A DNA stretch of 63,052 nucleotides, filler included. It is 7 parts of 7 records of this genome, joined end to end, with 100 filler letters (N's around TTAATTAATTAA, not from the genome) between each part and the next. Parts side by side here need not be neighbours in the genome. Positions count along the whole stretch, not along the records: positions 25,563 to 40,157 come from SRR31156797_22886; positions 40,258 to 49,964 come from SRR31156797_22895; 5 more parts are not named here. The stretch is one strand, 5' to 3'. Below, piece after piece: positions 39,221 through 49,207 of this stretch (position 1 is the first letter of the stretch; each line of letters opens with the position of its first letter). The position numbers and the translations under genes are program-made. The notes under the pieces are model-generated. The model ran no database searches, was not told the origin of the DNA, and worked only from the letters and a program-made list of their open reading frames with translations.

Positions 39221-39595
39221 TTAATCCTGAATTTCCACAAAGCGGAAAGGAATTTCTACTAATTCGCTATAGTATCTTCCCGATTCAAACATATCTTCAT
39301 CGTCACCCATATATTCCCATATGACTTCAATTTTTTTGCCTGTCTGATAGGTTTGATTGAGCTTCTTGATTATTTCAAAAAGCTTTTTAGATGTAGCTGT
39401 ATTATAGTATTCCAGAGAAATCTTAACGACAAATGTATCAACTTCGTTAAAATCGAATTTATCTAACCATTTAATAATGGGGTCGTAAACCACAACAGCG
39501 TTCTCCGGAAAAGAACTTCCTGTAATGCTGAGCATCCCGGTTTCTTCGATATACCTGATATCAGGTTTGTGTTTGTTTGCTTCGCTAAAAATCAT
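39221..39595 (-). CDS. SiaC-family (DUF1987) protein
   Basis: G.S.PENA...Y.PI..W, LEYYNTATSK, W.Y..DDEDM.E.G. Confidence 0.8.
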   Translation of the reverse strand: MIFSEANKHKPDIRYIEETGMLSITGSSFPENAVVVYDPIIKWLDKFDFNEVDTFVVKISLEYYNTATSKKLFEIIKKLNQTYQTGKKIEVIWEYMGDDEDMFESGRYYSELVEIPFRFVEIQD

Positions 39596-39647
39596 AGCCT
39601 CAAATATTTCAGGCTAAGTTAAAACTTTTAACGAATTAAAACAACCT

Positions 39648-39827
39648 CTAATTTGTTAAATAAAACTCAAACTCCTCAGCGTGCTCTTCAAAATGTGATT
39701 GAAGGTACTCAATTTTATACTTTTCCTCGCGTGTGAGTCTTTCCGATTCGAGTCTGATTAATAAGTCGTTATAGATTTGGTGCAACTCGCTTGGGGACAT
39801 TAATTGGTAATCTTCAATTTCGCGCAT
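39648..39827 (-). CDS. small acidic hypothetical protein (59 aa)
   Basis: MREIEDYQLMSPSELHQIYNDLLIRLESERLTREEKYKIEYLQSHFEEHAEEFEFYLTN; below the ORF-track cutoff; co-oriented upstream of the SiaC-like gene. Confidence 0.55.
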   Translation of the reverse strand: MREIEDYQLMSPSELHQIYNDLLIRLESERLTREEKYKIEYLQSHFEEHAEEFEFYLTN

Positions 39828-40074
39828 AACTTTTGTTTTTTGGTTACACTGCGAATATAAAATGTGTATGTTAAATAGTGTTAAAGAGAAAATTAAGGAA
39901 TTGAGATTGTATTAATATATTTATAATATTCCCAATGGATTAAATGTCTTAAGCCTTGGATGTAATCCAGGGAAGATAATACAACGAATTAATTCGCCGT
40001 GATGAACCAGAAATTGAAAACGAAATGTTTCCATCGGCGAAATTATAATGGCTTTTACTAGAATAGATAGGACA

Positions 40075-40109
40075 AAAAAAGCGAAACTTTATTGAAGCTT
40101 CGCTTTTTT
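40075..40109 (-). terminator. terminator after tRNA
   Basis: aaaaaagcgaa...ttcgctttttt. Confidence 0.65.
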
Positions 40110-40157
40110 GGGTGAAAGATGGGACTCGAACCCACGACCCCTGGAACCACAATCCAG
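40110..40157 (-). tRNA. tRNA-His(GTG), 5' part cut by contig end
   Basis: Minus strand CTGGA-TTGTGGT-TCCAG anticodon arm, GGTTCGAGTCC T-arm, CTTTCACC acceptor strand. Confidence 0.9.
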
Positions 40158-40257
40158 NNNNNNNNNNNNNNNNNNNNNNNNNNNNNNNNNNNNNNNNNNN
40201 NTTAATTAATTAANNNNNNNNNNNNNNNNNNNNNNNNNNNNNNNNNNNNNNNNNNNN

Positions 40258-40453
40258 TTTGGATAGGATGTTTAATGGATTTGTAACCGATTTTTTTCAT
40301 GTCCATTATTTTTATGAATATAATTTCCCCGTTTTTAATGTCGCCGATGTTTTAGTAAACATTGGCGTGTTTTTAATTATATTTCAATGGAAAGATTTTA
40401 AGAAAGTTTTTGACAACTTGTTGGAAAAAGAGAATGAATTATTAACGCAATAG
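40258..40453 (+). CDS. lspA: lipoprotein signal peptidase II (3' fragment)
   Basis: DR...G.VTDFF and FPVFNVAD motifs. Confidence 0.8.
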
Positions 40454-41034
40454 AATAAATTACAGTTGACATTCCAATTTACATCGTGGTTTTTTGGGGG
40501 GAGTGTAAGCTGTGGATTTTCATAACATCATTCCGTCGCGGATAGGAACGTGCTATGAAATTTGCTTGGCAACATGTTAATTAGTAAAAGCACATAAAAC
40601 GCAACCAATACTATTTTTTTTACATCCTTATAGTTTAGGTTTGGTGTATGGATTAACCCTCCCTTGGCCGATACAATAGAATTTGCTTCCTTTTCAACAG
40701 TTATAAGAAACGGCACATTGTATAACGATACGTATTCGTATTGGATTGAAAATGACACCTTATATTTGAGTAGCGAAGGATGTGAAACTTCGCACCCAAT
40801 ACTGAACGCTGACATGGACAAGGTTATTCTTGGGAATATGTATATCTCTACGGGATTAACAGATACATCGGGAACGTTTTTTAAAAGTACAGAGAAATAA
40901 AATAAAGGTGTTTCAGGTAAGGCTACACAAGGTATCATTTTTTGGTATAGTAGCTTTGGGATTAAGGCCGGAATCAAAGATGAAATAAAAGGGGCAACCT
41001 TTTGGCTGCCCCTCATTGTATAAAGAAAAAACGT

Positions 41035-41955
41035 TTATTGTTTTTCAATCTGGAAAATTGATACGCCCCATCCACCAAGGTTTGGAATATGATGATCGAG
41101 GTAAAATGTCATTTTCCCTGCACAGGCAAAGGCTGTACCATCGCCATCAACCCAGGCAATACCATAAGGCAATCCAAATACACTTGTATCCCAGGCTTCC
41201 TGGTCATCAACATTAATGGCATTGGTTGTCGGGTCAATATCGATAATCAAGTCGAAACCATGCCCCAGAAAGTCGACCATGGTATACTGATCGGTACCCG
41301 GACCTTCAACAATCTCTAAACTGGTGTTTAAAGATGCTCCAAAAGGATCGTTAACAATATCCCAAGTGCCAACAATACTCTCGGGAGTTAAAGTATTCTC
41401 GGGGCACCCAATGGCAAAGTCGAACAAAAAACCATCCTTATATCCATTGGTTGGGTCAAAGGCTTCAATGTGGGTCATGCCATTTGGTATCCACGAACCA
41501 TCGTCATCAATTTCGGGTGCAGAGCCTGAATAAGACAGGCCATCGTCGCTGGTTACTTCTCCCAAAAAGAAGAAAGAATCTCCGTAGTTGATATCTTCAA
41601 CTTCAATCCCTAAAAGATCGGCCAAATCGGCTGCAGTAAGGTTTAAATCAACAGGAAAACTGGTATACTCGCCAATCAAAACAGTATCGGATATTTCTCC
41701 GGAAATATTCGCGTACATTTCAAGTTTGTAGTTGGCTACGTTTCCGAGTGGATCAACAATTTCTCCTCCATAGGTTAAATCTGCAATTGAAGTTACTCCA
41801 ACCACTGCAGGTGGTTCGTCAACAAAGTGAACAAAGGCCCCGTCGAGTATGTCGTCGCCATACGAGAAGAGTGTTTTGTCGTCGTCGCGGCATGAATTAA
41901 GTGTTAACACGGCAACACCTAAAACGCTTAAAATATATAATATTGACTTCTTCAT
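41035..41955 (-). CDS. surface lipoprotein (SusE-position)
   Basis: Lipobox LNSC followed by acidic RDDDK export signal; third gene of the susCD unit. Confidence 0.7.
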   Translation of the reverse strand: MKKSILYILSVLGVAVLTLNSCRDDDKTLFSYGDDILDGAFVHFVDEPPAVVGVTSIADLTYGGEIVDPLGNVANYKLEMYANISGEISDTVLIGEYTSFPVDLNLTAADLADLLGIEVEDINYGDSFFFLGEVTSDDGLSYSGSAPEIDDDGSWIPNGMTHIEAFDPTNGYKDGFLFDFAIGCPENTLTPESIVGTWDIVNDPFGASLNTSLEIVEGPGTDQYTMVDFLGHGFDLIIDIDPTTNAINVDDQEAWDTSVFGLPYGIAWVDGDGTAFACAGKMTFYLDHHIPNLGGWGVSIFQIEKQ

Positions 41956-41968
41956 AATGATTCGTTTT

Positions 41969-43603
41969 TTATTGTAATTCGGCTGATTCATCGTCCCAGA
42001 AAACCGGTTCGGTAACCTGTTTTTGATCAAAACTTGAATTCCTTTCCGTTAAGTTGGAAGGGTACAAATAACTGCGGGGAAAAGCCCCTGCTGCCAATAC
42101 CGGATCTTGTAAGGTTGAAGGTAATCCTGTACGACGAATAGTGTTGTACGCTTCAATGGCATTACCAAACAGTGCCAGGTAGTACTCTGTAATAACGATA
42201 TCAAGTCTTTCGTTATCGTCGGCAGATGCATCGTATTTTTCCAGTACATCGCCAACATATATTTCAACATCGTCATCGGTAGGAATAAACGGGCTACTTG
42301 CAGCTTGTTCGGCTCCAAAATCCATCACTTTTGTAATCGATTCGCGCACACCCTGCTCGCATAAAGCCCGTGCATCGCCATTGGTTTCAAGTGCAAGAAC
42401 ACCTTCGGCCAACATAAATTTTACATACGACGACATCAGTATTGGAAACAAACCAGCTCCGGCAGCTCCGGGATTTACGTTTCCTGCCAAATAGGTATCT
42501 CCATCAAAGGCACCACCGGCCGGATATACTCCCATAAGGCTTCGTTTAACTCCATCGTTGGGTACCCCATCTTCGTCGGCATGGTCGCGTCCCCAATAGG
42601 CATCACCCAGGTAGCAATAATCGTAATCTTTACCTGAACATGGAAGATCGTCGCCAGAGGGCTCTTCATCGGTTTGACGGTAAATGTAGTAACGCAACCT
42701 TGGATCGCGAATCGATTTGTCGTTGATCAACAAATCCATGTAGTAGTTACTCATATAATCGTCGCCACCTTGTGCCAGGTAGTTGTTTATAAATTCAGGA
42801 TGACGGCTGTCGGGATTTGCCGATACCGATGAGTAAAGGAAGAAGAAATCATCTTCCGAATCGGAAATATAATTACCTGAAGAAATAATGCTGTTGATGG
42901 CTGATTTCGACTCCGACGCATTAATCAAACGGGTTTGCAGGTAAATTTTAAGCTTTAAGGTATTGGCCATTTTAACCCACTTCACCGGATTGTTGTTGTA
43001 GAAATAATCGTTGGGCACACTTCCGGGTACACCTGCATTAAAGTTGGTAATCGCTTCGTCAATCAGTGTTAAAGCTTCGGCGTAAACATCTGCTCCCGGT
43101 GTTGGGCCAGGATTTAAATTGTCGGCTCCCTGAGTCGCTTCTTCGTATGGTACTTCACCAAAAAAGTCGACAAGGTTAACCAGGGTATAGGCTTTAAGAA
43201 TTCGGCCCATTCCGGCGTGGTAGTTAAAACCACCTTCGTCGGCCAACTGAATCAACAACTCCGAGTTTTTAAGAACGCCCATGTAGGCCCATTCCCACAA
43301 ATGAGTATGATCTGAAGATTGCATACGCGAGAAAGGCCCGGTATAAGTACCAAACTGGTTGATCATTCGGGTAACCTCCATGGCCGAAGAGTTTAACCCC
43401 ATTTGGTTATCGGCAGGCTTACCAGCCATAAGATCAACAAATCTTATTTGTATACCGTTTAATAGGTAGGTTACATCTGCATCGGCTTCTGTTACATTGT
43501 TCGGATTGTCTTGCAAATCCATATCGAAAAGGCTGTTACAACTTACCGAGAACAAAAGCAGTGTTGAAAGAAGTAAACCTATTGTTTTATTTTTGAATTT
43601 CAT
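41969..43603 (-). CDS. susD: SusD/RagB-family lipoprotein
   Basis: Lipobox VSC, LVDFFGEVPY.EA, W.K.ANTLKLK, EAYNTIRRTG.P. Confidence 0.88.
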   Translation of the reverse strand: MKFKNKTIGLLLSTLLLFSVSCNSLFDMDLQDNPNNVTEADADVTYLLNGIQIRFVDLMAGKPADNQMGLNSSAMEVTRMINQFGTYTGPFSRMQSSDHTHLWEWAYMGVLKNSELLIQLADEGGFNYHAGMGRILKAYTLVNLVDFFGEVPYEEATQGADNLNPGPTPGADVYAEALTLIDEAITNFNAGVPGSVPNDYFYNNNPVKWVKMANTLKLKIYLQTRLINASESKSAINSIISSGNYISDSEDDFFFLYSSVSANPDSRHPEFINNYLAQGGDDYMSNYYMDLLINDKSIRDPRLRYYIYRQTDEEPSGDDLPCSGKDYDYCYLGDAYWGRDHADEDGVPNDGVKRSLMGVYPAGGAFDGDTYLAGNVNPGAAGAGLFPILMSSYVKFMLAEGVLALETNGDARALCEQGVRESITKVMDFGAEQAASSPFIPTDDDVEIYVGDVLEKYDASADDNERLDIVITEYYLALFGNAIEAYNTIRRTGLPSTLQDPVLAAGAFPRSYLYPSNLTERNSSFDQKQVTEPVFWDDESAELQ

Positions 43604-43626
43604 TTTTCTAAATTTTAGGTTATACA

Positions 43627-46600
43627 TTATAACGATGCTTTTATGGTAAAGGCAAATCGTCTTGAACTAGGTGCTGAATTGTATTCCAAACCTCTACCAT
43701 TACCAACACCGGTACTTAATGTTTCAGGATCGAAGTTGGTGTACTTTGGTAAGTTTGGCGAATAGAACCACAGGTTTTGTCCCGATAACGTAAATGACAA
43801 GGAACTAAACGGAAGTTTATTCAGAATGCGGGAGGGCATATTATACGATAATGCAACCTCTCTTAAACGAATTGTTGTTGCATCGAAAATACCCTGGCTA
43901 AAAGCATCCTGAAGGTTAAGGAAATAAAGGTTGTTTGCAGGCACCTGAATGTTGTTTTGAATTTTATTACCATTTTCATCCAGAATGAGTTCGCCGGTAT
44001 CAGGATCGGCTAAAACACCCGGAATAACATACATTCTTTCCCGATTCAGGTCGTGTTTAGTAACACCGCGTCGCAATAAGGTTGTAATGGTTTGGCTGTA
44101 AAAATCGCCACCATGCACATAATCGACCTGGGCTACCAGCGAAAAAGCCTTATAGTTAAAGGTATTAATTACGTTCCAGTTAAAGTCGGGTGTTGGATCT
44201 CCAACAATGTCGATACCCAAACCTATGTCTTCGCTATTAATCACATGCCCGTCGGTGGCATTAATCAGGTAATTACCATCATCATCTTTTAAGGTGTAGT
44301 CTCCAACCAAAACTCCCAGAGGTTCACCTTCAATGGCAAAGTTACCCTGGTTGTTAAAACCAGCAGTCATTATTCGGTCTCCACCAATATCTTTTACCTC
44401 TGAACGCGAAAGGTTAAATATGTTATTGATGTTCCAGGTGAAATCTGAGTTCCGAATTGGCGTAATTCCCAGGTTAATCTCTAAACCTTTATTATCCACA
44501 CGTCCGAGGTTAACAGCTGTTTTCCGGTAACCTGTTGAAGGATCGAGGAATTTATCTACGATCTGGTCTTCAGAAATACGGTAATATCCGGTAGCCTCAA
44601 GGTTTATCCGGTTTTGAAACATTGTAGCTTCAATACCACCTTCAAACTCCTTGTGTAATTCTGGTTTTAAGTCGGGATTACCCAGTAGTACCGATGCTGC
44701 GATGGATGGATCAGCTCCTTCTCCTGTGTCGTAAGCCGACGGCTCCAGGATATAACTATCGCGTGTAAGATACGGATCGGGATAACCTGCAGAAGTAGCA
44801 TAAGCCATTCGTATTTTTAGGTAATTAAGTGTATTGCTTTGTAGCGATTCGAAGGCAGAAGTAGGAAGGAAAGAGAAAGTTACACTTGGATAGAACAACG
44901 AGCGATTTTCCTTTTCTACAGTCGATCCCCAATCGTTACGTGCCGAGAGGTTCAGGTAGGCAAAGTTTTTATAATCCAGCCCTATTTGTCCGAATAAACC
45001 AACCTGGTTTTCCTCCGCCCAATAATCCATCGAAGCTCCGGTAAGTTCATCGGTACTTGAATTGGTAGAGAAATTATCGTGTTGCAAAATGCCATAAACA
45101 ATCTGTTGTGTACTTACCATTCCACCACGTTTATATTCATCATTGCGAACCTGAAGACCGGCAAGTCCGGTTAAATTTAAGTCTTCGGTTAGTTTTATGT
45201 CTTTTAAATTCAACAGTAAGTCGTGGTTCCAGGTTGTATTACGGATGTGCATATCGCGCAAGTATCCGGTTTCGGCATAAACACTTGAAACTCCACCTTT
45301 ATTAATGTGGTAAACGATGTTGTTGTGATAAGTATCAAAACTCAACTGATACGATAAGTTTAGTTTTTCAAGAATATCATAACCAAATTTGGCATTACCA
45401 AAAATACGGTGGTTTACATCGTTAAGTGCCGAGTTTTCAAGTAACCAATAAGGATTTTCCTGGTCGGTACGATAATATACGCTTGAGTGATCGTACGGAT
45501 TTTCGTAAGGAAGATTGGTTAAATCGAGGTTACGGGGTATATAAAGTAAACGTTCGAAAATGGTTACAGCATTTGCTGCACCACGTGCTGCCACCGGAGG
45601 TGTTTTATACTTTGTGCGCGAAAAGTTTAACGATCCGCTGAAGGTAAATTTCTGAGCTTGTAGATTTACCCCAACCGAAGCATTTATTTTGTTTACCTCA
45701 TTTTCAGGAATATATCCTTCTTCATCGGTATAACCCAGTCCAAAATTTACGCTACCGTTGTCAAAACCGTTCGACAGGTTCAGAAAGGTATTGGTTCCGA
45801 GTCCGTTTCTGAAAAAATCAGAAACATTATCGGGATAAGCCTGGTAGAGTACCTCTGCTCCCTGGTACTCGGGAAATACATTTGCAAAACGTGTTTGATC
45901 GTAATGGTGTGGAACCATAATATTGTCGGAGAAAGGTTGACCCCAGTTCCCGGCAAATCCTACATTGGTTACGTTGTCGCCACCTTGTCCGTATACGTTC
46001 TGGTATTCAGGCAATTTTCCAACTGAAGTAACATAAAACGACTGGGAAACATCAACCTGAATTCCGGTATTCCGTTTTGCCGATCCGGTTTTGGTGGTAA
46101 TCAGAATTACCCCGTTTCGTCCCTGTTCTCCATAAAGTACCGATGCACTTAACCCTTTTAATACGTTTACACTTTCAATGTTGTTGGGATCAATGTCGAG
46201 AAAACGACTTGATGCCATGTTGGTATTACCTCCACCCGACGAAAACAATCCGATTTGGTTAGAACTAGCGTCGAACGGTATACCGTCTACAACAAAAAGT
46301 GGCTGGTTGTTACCATTAATGGAGGAATTTCCCCTGATAGTAATGGTTGAACCACTACCCGCAATACCTGCACTTTTTACCACATTAACACCGGCTACTT
46401 TTCCTGCCAGCGATACTGCGATATCTGTTTCCGGTTTTTGCTGAATCAGATCGGAGCTTACTTCTCCAACTGAATAACCCAATGCCTTTTTTTCTTTCTG
46501 GATACCAAGTGCAGTAACAATTACTTCTTCAACTCCGATGGTTTCTGTATCTAACACCACATCGTAAGTTGAAGCATCCGAAATTGGTACCTCTTTGCTT

Positions 46601-46833
46601 TTCATTCCGACAAAAGAAAAAACAAGGATCTCATTTTCCGGGACGGTTAACGAGAAATTACCGTCCATATCGGTGGTTGTTCCGGCGGTAGTTCCTTTTA
46701 CCACGACCGAAACACCGGGAATAGGCATCCCATCTTCTGATGAGGTTACTGTTCCCTTAATTTGCTTTGTTTGGGCAAATGAAATACTCACTCCAAAACA
46801 AAAAGCAACAATTAATAGAAGTAGTTTTTTCAT
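43627..46833 (-). CDS. susC: SusC/RagA TonB-dependent transporter
   Basis: N-terminal extension, NNQPLFVVDG, IES.NVLKG..AS.LYG..G.NGVILITTK plug, barrel C-terminus; start at MKKLLL. Confidence 0.93.
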   Translation of the reverse strand: MKKLLLLIVAFCFGVSISFAQTKQIKGTVTSSEDGMPIPGVSVVVKGTTAGTTTDMDGNFSLTVPENEILVFSFVGMKSKEVPISDASTYDVVLDTETIGVEEVIVTALGIQKEKKALGYSVGEVSSDLIQQKPETDIAVSLAGKVAGVNVVKSAGIAGSGSTITIRGNSSINGNNQPLFVVDGIPFDASSNQIGLFSSGGGNTNMASSRFLDIDPNNIESVNVLKGLSASVLYGEQGRNGVILITTKTGSAKRNTGIQVDVSQSFYVTSVGKLPEYQNVYGQGGDNVTNVGFAGNWGQPFSDNIMVPHHYDQTRFANVFPEYQGAEVLYQAYPDNVSDFFRNGLGTNTFLNLSNGFDNGSVNFGLGYTDEEGYIPENEVNKINASVGVNLQAQKFTFSGSLNFSRTKYKTPPVAARGAANAVTIFERLLYIPRNLDLTNLPYENPYDHSSVYYRTDQENPYWLLENSALNDVNHRIFGNAKFGYDILEKLNLSYQLSFDTYHNNIVYHINKGGVSSVYAETGYLRDMHIRNTTWNHDLLLNLKDIKLTEDLNLTGLAGLQVRNDEYKRGGMVSTQQIVYGILQHDNFSTNSSTDELTGASMDYWAEENQVGLFGQIGLDYKNFAYLNLSARNDWGSTVEKENRSLFYPSVTFSFLPTSAFESLQSNTLNYLKIRMAYATSAGYPDPYLTRDSYILEPSAYDTGEGADPSIAASVLLGNPDLKPELHKEFEGGIEATMFQNRINLEATGYYRISEDQIVDKFLDPSTGYRKTAVNLGRVDNKGLEINLGITPIRNSDFTWNINNIFNLSRSEVKDIGGDRIMTAGFNNQGNFAIEGEPLGVLVGDYTLKDDDGNYLINATDGHVINSEDIGLGIDIVGDPTPDFNWNVINTFNYKAFSLVAQVDYVHGGDFYSQTITTLLRRGVTKHDLNRERMYVIPGVLADPDTGELILDENGNKIQNNIQVPANNLYFLNLQDAFSQGIFDATTIRLREVALSYNMPSRILNKLPFSSLSFTLSGQNLWFYSPNLPKYTNFDPETLSTGVGNGRGLEYNSAPSSRRFAFTIKASL

Positions 46834-46953
46834 ACGATTAAATTTGTTGTTAATAAAATGTATCGTATGCAACTTGTCCTGTTTGTGGGACTCGTTTCAT
46901 AGATAAAAATTTATGTTAATACTCAAGTGTTTTACCCTTCTCATTTGTATTCG

Positions 46954-46987
46954 AAAAAGAAAACTCCCGTCGGGGAAACGGGAGTTT
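46954..46987 (-). terminator. intrinsic terminator upstream of susC (possible attenuator)
   Basis: Minus strand aaactcccgt-ttccccg-acgggagttt-tcttttt. Confidence 0.7.
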
Positions 46988-47334
46988 GAATATCTGCCAG
47001 CCGGTCAGATACTTGCACCTTTTACATTTTTAATGCTGTTTAATTCTATTTCTATGTAAAAAATGGAGCTTTGTTATTAACTATTTCTTTTCCCCGAACT
47101 CCCCGTTTTGTTGTTATTCGTTTGCCGAAATTTGTTATTGGTGCGTTTTCGACTAGTTGTGCTTTTTATTCAAACATAGGAATTGGATGGATGCGCTGCT
47201 TTTTTTATCAACCAACAACAGATAAACGGTGATTAAAGAAAAGAAAAGCTATACAAGGTGTTTGGTGTGTCTTCAAATGTCGTTAACTGATAAAAACGGT
47301 ATATACGTCGATGCAGACTTGTATTATATACATA

Positions 47335-47379
47335 AAAAAGGCGGGATTTTCTCCCGCCAGGTTAATACTTTAAGCCGCA
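47335..47379. repeat. 45-bp direct repeat (copy 2 at 47919-47963): gene end, 3'UTR and terminator
   Basis: aaaaaggcgggattttctcccgcc[a/t]ggttaatactttaagccgca, 44/45 identical. Confidence 0.9.
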
Positions 47380-47561
47380 ATGCCTTTAAAGGCCTCTTTT
47401 AAAACGTCCGGATACTTCTCTTTGAAGTTTTTAAAGCACCACGAACACAATTTTTGCACCTCATTTGGTTCTACCCATCCTATGCATTTGTTCAATTCCT
47501 TTGTAAAAAGATCTTTTGCAAAACATACTTTAGGTAAAATTACCTTGGCATACTCAAACAT
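47370..47561 (-). CDS. small Bacteroidota hypothetical protein (63 aa), copy 1
   Basis: MFEYAKVILPKVCF..DLF.KEL.K...W; paralog at 47954-48145; own terminator. Confidence 0.75.
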   Translation of the reverse strand: MFEYAKVILPKVCFAKDLFTKELNKCIGWVEPNEVQKLCSWCFKNFKEKYPDVLKEAFKGIAA

Positions 47562-47953
47562 ACTTCCTGATTTAATGATATCCGAAATTAACATTGTATG
47601 ATCGCACTTAATATGTTTTTAAATATTTAAGCAGGTGCAACTCAAATACAGTTTTGTTTTCATTGTGTTTAATCGGCAGTAAATCAGCCGGGTGAGAGGT
47701 GGGTGTTAAAGAAAGTTGGACTTTTCGGAGGGACTAAATCAGTATTCTTTACCTCTATGTGCTTTAAATGGCTGATAATTTGTTTGAGCAGGTGCTTACC
47801 GGAGAGGGAGAAGATATTTAATTTTTACCCGGGAACCATTTGTCTCAGGCAACAGATTGGTGGTATTACATATTATACGATTGAAAACTTTGTGTTATGA
47901 CGATAGTTGAGGTATCGTAAAAAGGCGGGATTTTCTCCCGCCTGGTTAATACT

Positions 47954-48145
47954 TTAAGCCGCAGCGTCGGCAAATGCTTCTGCCAACACGTCCGGATACA
48001 TTTCTTTAAAATTTTCAATACACCAGGAACATAATTCCTGTACTTGGTTTGGTTCTACCCAACTTATGCATTTATTTAATTCTTTTCTGAATAAATCCCT
48101 GCTAAAACTAACTTTGGGCAGAATAATTTTTGCATAATCTAACAT
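47954..48145 (-). CDS. small Bacteroidota hypothetical protein (63 aa), copy 2
   Basis: 46/63 identical to copy 1; own terminator. Confidence 0.78.
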   Translation of the reverse strand: MLDYAKIILPKVSFSRDLFRKELNKCISWVEPNQVQELCSWCIENFKEMYPDVLAEAFADAAA

Positions 48146-48355
48146 GGCTTTTTCCTTTTTGTCGTTATGAATCTAACAACGAAAATCCATTCTAAGTATG
48201 CTGAAAAATATTCTTTAACACTAATTAACTGACCAATTTTCTTACTCGTTGTCTATTGCTCTGAATGAATGTGAGTTAGAGAAATAGCTCAATGTCATGT
48301 TAAAAAACACTACATTTTTAATGAACTTTCGCTACCCAAATATAACTCTTAAAAG

Positions 48356-49138
48356 TTAAGCCGATACAAGAATATTCTTAACAAATTGAGAAATAGAATC
48401 GGTTAATTTTACTTCATTGTTAACTGCATTAACAAAAGCACTTCCAATAATTGCCCCATTGGCATATTTGCATGCGTTCTTAAAAGTAGCGTTGTCTGAA
48501 ATTCCAAATCCGATGATACACGGATTTTTTAATTTCATGTTTTTAATACGTTCAAAATAATCGGTATGGAAGTCTTCTACTTTTTTTCCTGCTCCGGTTG
48601 TCGATGAGGATGAAACCATGTATATAAATCCACTGCTTGCATCATCTATTTGTTGTATTCTTTCTGCTGATGTTTGAGGAGTTATCAGCAATATATTGTG
48701 CAGATTATTGGCTGCAAAAATGGTTTTATACTCGGTTTCATATTCGTCTAAAGGTAGATCGGGAAGTATGGTTCCGTCGATGCCAATTTCTGCACATTTT
48801 TCGCAAAACTCTTTTACGCCATATTGGTATACCGGGTTAAAATACCCCATAAGAACCAATGGGATGGACACCGATTCGCGGATTGTTTTGAGTTGCTCGA
48901 ACAAAAGTTTAATGTTCATCCCATTTTGTAAAGCTATTTCGCTGCTTCGTTGTATGGTTGGTCCGTCAGCAGTAGGATCAGAAAAGGGCATTCCGATCTC
49001 GATAAGGTCTACACCATTTTTTTCGAGTTCCTGAATAATCTCAATCGTATCATTTAAGTTTGGGAATCCGGCGGTAAAATACACCGAAAATATGTCTGCT
49101 TTTTTTCTTTCGAAAAGTTGATTGATTCTGTTGTTCAT
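48356..49138 (-). CDS. trpA: tryptophan synthase alpha chain
   Basis: YFTAGFP, IEIGMPFSDPTADGPTIQ, GFGIS, GAIIGSA; start at MNNRIN. Confidence 0.95.
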   Translation of the reverse strand: MNNRINQLFERKKADIFSVYFTAGFPNLNDTIEIIQELEKNGVDLIEIGMPFSDPTADGPTIQRSSEIALQNGMNIKLLFEQLKTIRESVSIPLVLMGYFNPVYQYGVKEFCEKCAEIGIDGTILPDLPLDEYETEYKTIFAANNLHNILLITPQTSAERIQQIDDASSGFIYMVSSSSTTGAGKKVEDFHTDYFERIKNMKLKNPCIIGFGISDNATFKNACKYANGAIIGSAFVNAVNNEVKLTDSISQFVKNILVSA

Positions 49139-49207
49139 TTTTTGTTCTTTTTTGATTGGATGAGGAATGTACAATACCCCTTGTGTTTTGTATTATGCCC
49201 TCAGGTA

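Noticed and set aside
39949-40152. 67-aa minus-strand ORF
   Set aside because: Overlaps tRNA-His and its terminator; spurious.
40528-41016. 162-aa minus-strand ORF
   Set aside because: Starts inside the hairpin following the Sus lipoprotein, has no recognisable motif, and is antisense to a more protein-like frame.
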